Shown piece by piece: positions 1 to 9,000 of a DNA stretch of 64,000 bases (the stretch's first letter is position 1; every line of letters begins with the position of its first letter). The DNA is taken from assembly GCA_963624695.1 (NCBI GenBank), contig CAVFRH010000083.1:28185-92184 (forward strand), written 5' to 3'. The position numbers and the translations under genes were made by a program. Source of the stretch: a bacterium. Lineage in GTDB: Bacteria > Bacillota > Clostridia > Lachnospirales > Lachnospiraceae. Under the pieces are notes generated by a model. The model did not search any database. It was given only the letters and a program-made list of their open reading frames with translations, and was not told the origin of the DNA.

Positions 1-938
1 ATACTATCTCCCTGAAGCACCTTTGACATAAGGCTGTATTCCTCCCAGTTAGGATCCTCTGCCTTCGAATCTGCCAGTAAAACATAAGAATAAAATCGAT
101 TCAAAAGTTCAAAAAGCTTATTGGAGCTTACCTTTGCCTGCGCAAGGGTTTCCAGAACCTCATCCCTGCTCATATTTGCATGACGGTTTGGATCCATTTT
201 TGAGATATTAGAAAGAGGCAGATCCAGATAGATATTCCGCTTTGCAGTTCTTGAAATCCCCTCTGTTAGATAAAAATTAATCTTGGTATTAAGATAGGCA
301 AGAAAATATTTGCAGATATAATATCTTGCCTTTTCCCGTCCTTCACAAAAGACACGTATATTTTCGCAAATGTAAAGAACAAAATCCCGATCATCCGACA
401 AATGCTTGAGGCCTATCTCTACCGTTTTTGTCCTTTGCAAGGTATATTCATTTCCATTGACCAATAGAGATGAATTTTTTACATAATTTCGAATCCGTTC
501 CAATGGAAATGCACTGTAGGAACCATGAAAGCCATTGATCAGAAGATCATCATAGGATCCTTCCTTTTCCAACTCCTTTAAATTCAAAACAAGGCTTTTC
601 CATTTTTCAAAGCTGAGATTTTTTTTGAACGCATAGATCAGAGTCGCTTCCAGAAGATTTCTTGCATAGAGCTTCTCTTCTTTTTTCTCCTTCAGCTTTT
701 CATTTAATTCATCCAGGCTCCAGGTATTTACAAAACCTTTATAGATAAGCCGGTAGCGCAAGGGACAGGCCTCGATCTCTTCCTGCAGGCTCTTTGGCTT
801 CGAAATTGTTTGATTTTCTCTTCTGCCTGTCGCAGCTTCATATGCCTTTGACAGTCCATCAAGATATGCAAGAGCATCCCGGCCGCTTATGCCAAGGATC
901 ATCTCGTCAAATATCTTTCGTTTTACTTTCCTGCCCAT
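1..938 (-). CDS. hypothetical protein; the N-terminal 312 codons are in the window and the C-terminus runs off the left edge
   Basis: Manual minus-strand translation from ATG 938 is open to position 1 (MGRKVKRKIFDEMILGISGRDALAYLDG...EDPNWEEYSLMSKVLQGDS). There is an in-frame stop just upstream at 966-968. It is missing from the ORF track because no stop lies in the window. No family recognised. Confidence 0.5.
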   Translation of the reverse strand, partial: MGRKVKRKIFDEMILGISGRDALAYLDGLSKAYEAATGRRENQTISKPKSLQEEIEACPLRYRLIYKGFVNTWSLDELNEKLKEKKEEKLYARNLLEATLIYAFKKNLSFEKWKSLVLNLKELEKEGSYDDLLINGFHGSYSAFPLERIRNYVKNSSLLVNGNEYTLQRTKTVEIGLKHLSDDRDFVLYICENIRVFCEGREKARYYICKYFLAYLNTKINFYLTEGISRTAKRNIYLDLPLSNISKMDPNRHANMSRDEVLETLAQAKVSSNKLFELLNRFYSYVLLADSKAEDPNWEEYSLMSKVLQGDS

Positions 939-977
939 TGCAAATCCCTTTCCTGCATTTTCTCTTCAATAATCAGT

Positions 978-1355
978 TTACCATTCCTTACTTATGTCTT
1001 CCACTTCTTTCTGAAAAACACTTTTTATTTTCTCCGGAACAATGCCTTTTGAAAGCATCTCTATTTCTTTTTTTGTATCTCCGATTATTTCATCTGCACG
1101 TGCAAGTATCTGCTCCCGAAAATTTATATCTGTCCATTCTTTCTCCTTTATCTTTACTTGAAACAGGCATTCTGTATGGGTAAGAAAAAAGGAATATCGC
1201 GAAGGATCCAACTGCCTGTTCAAATAGCTTAGATACCATCTTAGGGTTCGTACGGCTGCTGCAGCCGCCTCATACTCTGTCAGATGAAAAATGCATTTAT
1301 AATAAACTCCGCTGCTGCGTTTTTCGATGTCCATAAGTTCTCCTACATACGGCAC
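978..1355 (-). CDS. small hypothetical protein (125 aa; alternative start MDIEK at 1334)
   Basis: ORF-track ORF packed between the lipoprotein gene (13-nt overlap) and the 1..938 gene on the same strand. No recognisable motif. Confidence 0.4.
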   Translation of the reverse strand: MPYVGELMDIEKRSSGVYYKCIFHLTEYEAAAAAVRTLRWYLSYLNRQLDPSRYSFFLTHTECLFQVKIKEKEWTDINFREQILARADEIIGDTKKEIEMLSKGIVPEKIKSVFQKEVEDISKEW

Positions 1356-2065
1356 AGATATACCCAGGTGTCACTGCTTGCAATTGAATTCGCAAGGTCC
1401 GAAGAATCGGCTGCTTCGATATAAAGTCTTACCTTTGCACTTCCAAGACAGAAGGGAGCCGTAAATTCTACGTAACCAAGTGTGCTGGAAATATTTGAAG
1501 GAGCTGACGGGATTGCAGATTTATCTGTAAACTGAAGGCTTGTGCAGTCCGGGTAAGTTTCTCTCAAAGCATCCGTGAAGTCTGTTATGCTTGCCTGCCA
1601 CTCATGCTCAAAGTCAAATACTCTTGAAAGCCATCCATAAGCTCCGATGCAGACATCATCTGCTCCAAGCCGCTCTGAACCTACTTGCTTCATCAAAAGG
1701 ATTTCATTTGCATGTACAGAATAATTTTCCAGTCCGTATACTGAAGGCATTGCATCCATCGTGTATACGCTGTCGTAGCCGCATCCATCCAGTATGCTGT
1801 AGGTGCTGCCAAATGCATTCATAAGTGTTCCTTCGATTTCTGCAAACATCTCTTCATCGGAATTTGAAGAATTGCCTGATTTATAGTCACTTGGATCTGC
1901 CAGTACGGATTTTCGCTCTCTTTCATCGATCTGATAATAAACATATCCATCTGAATCTGATGCACTTGAATCATCCCCGATCTGACTTACTTTCATTTCT
2001 CCGCATGCTCCAAAGCTAAGTGCTGCTGCAATAATAAGTGAACCTGCAAATAATTTCTTTCTCAT
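1343..2065 (-). CDS. putative secreted lipoprotein of unknown function
   Basis: The internal ATG at 2065 is preceded by AAGGAG. The N-terminus MRKKLFAGSLIIAAALSFGACG has a signal peptide and a lipobox Cys, followed by an acidic Ser/Asp-rich linker. Confidence 0.6.
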   Translation of the reverse strand: MRKKLFAGSLIIAAALSFGACGEMKVSQIGDDSSASDSDGYVYYQIDERERKSVLADPSDYKSGNSSNSDEEMFAEIEGTLMNAFGSTYSILDGCGYDSVYTMDAMPSVYGLENYSVHANEILLMKQVGSERLGADDVCIGAYGWLSRVFDFEHEWQASITDFTDALRETYPDCTSLQFTDKSAIPSAPSNISSTLGYVEFTAPFCLGSAKVRLYIEAADSSDLANSIASSDTWVYLCRM

Positions 2066-2221
2066 TGTTTTATCTCCTTTTTGTATCTCTTTGTTTTCAT
2101 CTATCTGATGACACATATACTATGCTTTTTCTTCTGCAGATTTTTGTACTATGAAAAGAATTCTTGTGATAGAATGTTAGCTGTTGCGTAATAAAATATT
2201 AATTTAGGAGAGAAACAATTT

Positions 2222-2947
2222 ATGCCTATCGGAGTTATTATCAATGCGCTGGCTGTCGTAGTCGGCGGAATCATAGGAACCTTAATCGGTCCAAAGCTCA
2301 GCGAACGCTTTAAAACCTCACTGAATACCATTTTCGGTGTCTGCGCTTTAACAATGGGAATTTCATCCATTACACATATGCAAAATATGCCGGTTGTTAT
2401 CCTTTCCGCGATTCTGGGAACCATTATCGGACTTATCGTTCACCTTGGAGATAAGATCCAGGCCGGCGGTCTTTTAATGGAAAGAGGAATTTCAAAGCTC
2501 ATGCCCGGAAATACAAAAACAGATGATGATTATAAAAGCCTTCTGGTAACAGCCATTGTTCTCTTCTGTGCCAGCGGCACCGGAATCTATGGAAGCATCG
2601 TCTCCGGAATGACAGGCGATCACAGCGTGCTTTTAGCAAAATCCTTTTTGGATCTGCCCACCGCCCTTATTTTTGCCTGCGTGCTTGGCCTTGTAACTGC
2701 CTTTATCGCCATTCCTCAGATCATCATCTTTTTGATCCTCTTTTTCCTTGCTACAAAGATCTATCCTCTTTGTACGGATTATATGATCGGTGATTTTAAA
2801 GCCTGCGGCGGTGTTCTTCTTTTAGCTACCGGTTTTCGTATGCTGAAACTGAAGGAATTCCCGATCGCCGACATGATCCCGGCTATGGTCATTGTTATGC
2901 CGCTTAGCAGTCTTTGGGTAAACTGCATTTTGCCTTTGGTTTCTTAA
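2222..2947 (+). CDS. DUF554-family (YdfK/YqgA-like) membrane protein
   Basis: N-terminus MPIGVIINALAVVVGGIIGTLIGPKLSERFK is typical of DUF554. It is a multi-pass hydrophobic protein, with an AGGAGA RBS upstream. Confidence 0.7.
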   Translation: MPIGVIINALAVVVGGIIGTLIGPKLSERFKTSLNTIFGVCALTMGISSITHMQNMPVVILSAILGTIIGLIVHLGDKIQAGGLLMERGISKLMPGNTKTDDDYKSLLVTAIVLFCASGTGIYGSIVSGMTGDHSVLLAKSFLDLPTALIFACVLGLVTAFIAIPQIIIFLILFFLATKIYPLCTDYMIGDFKACGGVLLLATGFRMLKLKEFPIADMIPAMVIVMPLSSLWVNCILPLVS

Positions 2948-2957
2948 TTTTCTGTAT

Positions 2958-3005
2958 AAAAAGCTCCCGAAGGGATTTGGATCCATTCGAGAGCTTTTCT
3001 TTTTC
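2958..3005. terminator. bidirectional stem-loop between convergent genes
   Basis: aaaagctcccgaa ... ttcgagagctttt forms a 13-bp stem with 1 mismatch, flanked by A-run and T-run. It lies between the DUF554 stop (2947) and the giant-gene stop (3037). Confidence 0.5.
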
Positions 3006-3036
3006 TATCGAGTCATTCTTAAACTCATTTCAAAAT

Positions 3037-6000
3037 TTATTTACTGCTTTTTCTCTTTTTTGCGTATATTCCAGTCGCAGCTGCTGCGGCAATCACAAGA
3101 AGGATTCCCCAAGCCCTTGCATCCGTCGTATCTCCTGTATTTGTGCCCTTTGCACTCTGAGCACTTGAGGAGCTACTCTTACTGCTTGAACTTGATCCCT
3201 TATAATTGCTTGCATTGTTCTTCTGATCTGTGCTGTTTGCTGCACTGCCATCTGATGTTCCGCTGTTTCCGTCATCCGATGTATCATCTGCTGCAGCAAT
3301 GCTGACTGTAATGCTTGCCGTTGCTGTTATATTTCCGTCCTCACTAACTGCTGTGATCGTTACAGTACCATCTGCTACTGCTGTTACCAGTCCGTTTTCA
3401 TCTACTGTTGCAACATTTGTATCACTGGATGTCCATGTCACATTTTTATTTGCTGCATTGTCCGGCTTAACGATAGCGGTAAGCTGCAAGGTTTCACCCG
3501 CCTTGGTAAGTGTACCATTGTCCGGTGTGATGGTTACTCCCGATACGCTGTCGCTTGTGTCATCACTGTCATTCTGGCTTCGAACCGAAATATTTACCTG
3601 GGTAGTCATGCCATTCCAGCTGACAATGACTGCTGTATCAGAAAGGCTGAGTGCTCCGTCAGGACTATAGGTATAATCTGTAATCACCTTGCGGCTTCCA
3701 TCAGAATATACTGCATTTACGACCATGCCTTCTGCACTGAAGCTTTCGCCCTCTGCATACTCTGTCTTAGTCGGTGCATTTCCGATCTCAATGCCTACAA
3801 GCTTTGCTTCTTCTTCACTTGCAGCTGTTTTGAATCCGCTAAGAGCTGTCGTGGTCTGATTTCCTGCTTCATCCTCTATGACTGCATACCAGGTATAATT
3901 CTGTCCTGCCTTCAGATCACTAAGCTTATAAGAAACGGTTTCATTTCCTTTTGAGCTTTCCGCTCCAACCTCATTTGCAGACTGGGTTGTCATACAAAGC
4001 TGTGAAGTTGTAAAGGTTCTTTCCTGGCTTCCTCCAAGATCAACAGAAATTGCAAATTCATCTTTATTTTTCTGATAAAGTCCGTCTACCTTGCTATAGG
4101 TTCCGTTTGCCCAAACTGTTGCAGTTTCTCCTGTCAACGGTGAATAGGTATTGAAATAGATCAGGTTGTTTTCTACATCGAAGTTGAGCATACGAAGGAA
4201 ACCATTTCCGCCGTAGATCATTGTTCCAGATTCATCCTGATAATCCTGAAGGATACTGTAGAACTGCTGTCCGCCTGTTGTCGGGTTGATTACATCTACA
4301 CCGTCTACATGTCCGCACAAAAGCAGCTTCACATTGCTGTGTCCCTGGATAACATCGCTTAACAGCTTCTTTCCATATGTACTTGTAATCTTTCCGCCGC
4401 TGTTAAAGTGGTGAGTCAGGATTATGATGTTGTAATCCGCATATTCCGGATCCTCCACAATGTTCTTTGCCCAGCTAATATCACTTTCATCCATCCAATA
4501 GCTGAGGGTAAGGAGCATTAGCTTGCTTCCGTGGATCGTCTGGGTCAGGCACATATCATCCGTCACCTTATTTTGTGATACCATCTTCCATCCGCCTAAG
4601 TTTTCCTGGAAACGGCTGAGTGGGAAATACTGTCTGTAGAGTCTGTCGCTGTTTGCAAGCAGATTGTATTTATCTACATATTTGTAGTCATGATTTCCCC
4701 AAACTATGGTATAAGGTGCACTAGCATTCTCAAGAACATTGTAAGCCTTGTCTACTGTTTTCCAGTTGTATTCCCAGGATAAATATGCTGCGTTGGCAAC
4801 ATCTCCTGTGTCGATGTTCATTACTACATTGTATTTGTCCTGATTTTCTGCAATCCATTTTTTCTGCTGCAGCAGGATATCCTCATAAAATTCTGAAGTA
4901 TACTGCACATCTGAGGTCCAGGTCATAGAGAAATCATACTGGCCTTCCGATGGGGTATAGCTGTCCATGTCCTCAGGATCTGTTCCAAGTCCTCTAAAGA
5001 AGATCAGATAAAGATTTCCGTCCTGGCTGTACTGGCTTCCCTCTACCTGAATGTTCATGGAAAGCTCGCCTGTTCCATCTGTCGAAGCTACCTTAACCCA
5101 TGTCTTCTGAGCCTGGTCATAAGCATATGCATGGATCTGTCTGCTGGATGTTCCATGCCAGCCTAATTGATAATTTGCAGCTGCCTTCTGCTCATCTGTC
5201 AGACTGATCTTGTAAATCTGATATGGATTCGAACCATCCTCAGTGGTCGTGGTTTCATTGCTCAGCTCTTTGGCTGTATACTCGCAGGTCAAAGGATCCA
5301 CCTGATCCGGAGTATTCTCTGTAGTACTTCCTGTTGCGATCGACATTGTATTGCTGGAGAGATCCACGCCTTCGCTTAAATAGAATTTTGTAGTAAGATT
5401 TTCATCCTCACTTTCATTTGGATTCACCACAAGGGTCTGGCTTTCTCCATCGGACTGTGTATCTGTTCCTTCCACATCCGGATCCTTGGTATCTGTAAGA
5501 TTTATTGTAAGCTCAACCTTTTCTGTCTTACCATCGGCTGTTGCACTTACAATCACCTTCTGCTCACCACTGCCTGTCATGTCGATTGTCTCTGTAAACA
5601 TTCCGGCTGACATACTTCCAAGATCATATGTCTTGTCTCCAACCTGGATGGTAACAGTTGCATCCTTGCTCAGCATTCCCTGTACAAGATGGTTTCCGGC
5701 CTCCATAGAGCTTGATCTTCCAACAACATCTGCATTTATGGCCAAGTCACCCTTGTGCTCTGACTTACCGATTGTTACCGCATTTCCGAAATATGCCTCG
5801 TAGCGGAAAGACTCCCACTGCTCGGATGTTCCGGTTCCTGAGATCTGAACATCGTAGATGGTTCCTCTGAAGGCACCTGTAAGTGTCTCATCCGAATAAG
5901 CACCGATTACCGTCGAAAGAGATTTATCTGTATAGATGGAATTCTCTAAGAATACTCTTCCCTTTTTCACTGCGACACCGTCTACATAAGTCGTTACTGT

Positions 6001-9000
6001 CAGTCCGTCATACATCAACGTTACCATATGCTGGTTTCCGTCTGTTGCACTGATATTGCAGCTATAATTTGTTTTCTGGTTTGTAGGCCAGGAAGAAGTA
6101 TTGTAATTGTGCTCTCTCCACCATTTTGCATAATAAGATGTACTAAGCTTTCCTGTTGAGGAATCGATTGACATCTGATAAGAGTTTGTATCGTTATCCG
6201 TACTTAAAAATCTAGATGCGATAACGCCCTTATTGCCTGTAAGTGCTGCCATATCCTCATCTGTCATGGATACGATGGCGCTTATACTGAAGGCATCGTA
6301 GTCATCTCCGATGCTGTCGTAAGTAATCTTACTGTCTTTGAAATATGCTCCCTTATCTGCACCGTAATCATTTTCGGTAAGTGATCCTGTGACAGTTCCG
6401 GTTGCATTTCCGGTAGAATCTGTCATAGAAGAGCTTCCGAGATTGTTGAAATGCTCAACTAAGGCATATTGGTTGCTCCAGACCTCAGACGAATCCAGGG
6501 TGGAAGCCTTTCCTCCGAAATATACCCACAATCCGGTCACTGATTCTGCTTCTATGTTCGGAATCTTCACCCATACAATGGATGTACCGTTCTTATCGTA
6601 GCTTTCCACCTCTGAAGGAATTTCTTCTCCCTTGGTCGTGTAGAACTTCATTGTTTCGCTTGAAGCATTTTCAATTTCAAGCCGAATCGGCTTGTCCTCA
6701 AAGGAAGAGAATGTATCATTTCTTACTAAGATGCTGCGTCTCTCTGCTGCACTGTCATCGAGCCATGCAGCTTTATTTTCCTGAAGCTCAGAATTTTCAG
6801 CTTCCAGAAGTGCGCTGTAATTTTCTACTTCATCCTTCTGGGCATCGGTAAGAGCATTGTAAGCTGTTCTTGCTTCCTCCCATTTTTCTTCTTTGATGAG
6901 ACTTTCTACATTTCCAACCTCATGATCGATACCAAAGGCTTCAATCATAGTAGCAGTATCCGTATTCTTTCTTTCATAGGTACATACTGTAAGCTTGTCA
7001 CCATCAACGGTTACAGATGCAAAGGTCTGAGTCGGATTGCTTGCGCTTCCTCTCTGCTCACTTCTTGAAAAGAGAGCGATGTACTCATCCAGATCTTTGG
7101 TCGTCATTGTTTCGATCTGGCTGTCCATATTTGTGCCTGCCTGTCCCGGCATGAAATATACGGTTCCCTCATCACTGAGACTGTAATAAAAGCGCTTGCC
7201 GTTTACCATTTCCATATATTCGGATTTGTCGGCGTTTCCATCCTTCAGTGAATATGTTCTTCCTAAGATATGATCCTGTCCCTGAAGTACAAGGTCGATC
7301 TCAAGCTCATCGATTACCGGAAGGAGCACCTCTCGAAGACCTGCGACCTCTGAATTGTCTGCTGTGCTTCCTGTGGTATAGGGTCCTTTATTTACGCTCA
7401 AGATGATCCATTTCTGTCCATTACCTCGTGCTGTAGTTACATCTTCTTTCAGCCATTCGATCTGTTCATTTGAAATGCACTGGCTTTCATTCTCAGATGT
7501 ATTCAAAACCACGATGTGAGCATTGGAATAATCAAAGCTGTAATAGCCCTTTGTATCGATATTGAACTGCTGGCTCATAACAGATGCGCCTTCATCTCCT
7601 ACGGTAGGAGCAAGCAGCGTATCCATAAAGGTATCCTGTGCCTGATAGAACCACTCTGTCCAGGCAGCACTTCCTCTTTCTGCATCTACCATGCTTCCGC
7701 TGTGGAGTATAAAGGATGCATCAGAAACGGTATTCAATGCCACCTTCATGGTATCTGCAGCCACACCGGCATCCTTTACTGTTTCGCTGTCTGTACCTGC
7801 CAGATTGATAAAGGTAAAGGCTCCGTCCTCTTTCGCTGTTTTAAATGTTCCGATTTCTGAATCAATATTTCCGGAATGCACCTGATAGTAATATGTTGTA
7901 TCTGATTTCAGATTGCTTGCTTTGGCAGTAAATCGATACTGATCATCTGAGCTTTCTAAAGCAGCCTCAAGCTTTGTGGCATTTTTCATTTCAGAATCCT
8001 CTGAAATGCTTATGTATGTATTGTCCTCATATTTAGAATACCAGCTGAAGCCGATGCCATCACTGTTTACTGCAGCCGTTATTCTGCTTATTTCATTTTC
8101 CGGATAAGAAAATACTTTCGGGATCGGATATTTTTCATCTGTCATCTTCCATTCCAGATCAAATTTCCATCCAAGATCCGTATAGGTCTGCTTCTCCTCA
8201 AGCTCCGATTTTTCTGTTAAGGTTCCATTTGCTTTTGCTTCAGCAATGGCCTCACCATTAATCGTTATATCCTTCGAGGAGAGGTTATTCTCTATGGTAT
8301 TAGATCCGCTGTATGTAGGAACAGAAGCATAAATTCCGCCGGTTACCAGGCTTCCGATTTCTCCTGATGCATTCATACTTCCGCCATATGCAACATTTCC
8401 CTTTAAGGTAACCTTGTTGATATAGGCAACGATTCCGGACAGACTCACAACGGCTGTCTGTGATGAAACATTTGAGGTATCACAGCTTATGTTTACATCT
8501 GTAATACAATCCTCTATGGTACTTGCTGAACTGTAGGATGCAATTCCGCCCATCATAGTGCCATAGGAAACAGCGGTTCCGCCGCCGATCAAAGTTCCGC
8601 TTACATAACAATTTGAAACCGTTGCAGAATTCTTTGCATTTCTACCGTTTAATGCAGTTACTCCTGCTACCTTCGCTGCATTTGGAGCCTCTACTGTCGC
8701 ATTGGAAACACGGCATCCGTGGATCAGTGCTCCGTTTGCATTTTCTCCGGCAATGACGGCAACACCTGAAAAGCTGTCTGTATTGCAGACCACACTGGTC
8801 TTTACTACCGGACTCTCAAATGCAAGATCCTTGATCGTTCCGTAATTGGTACGAACAAAGCCAATCAGATAATCCTTCTGTGTGGATGTATCCTCATCTA
8901 CAATGCAAAGTCCTGAAATGCTGTGTCCTGCTCCGTCAAGTACACCTGTGAAGCTTTGTATCATGGTAAAGTTCGAAGTAAGTGTAATATCTGCAGTAAG

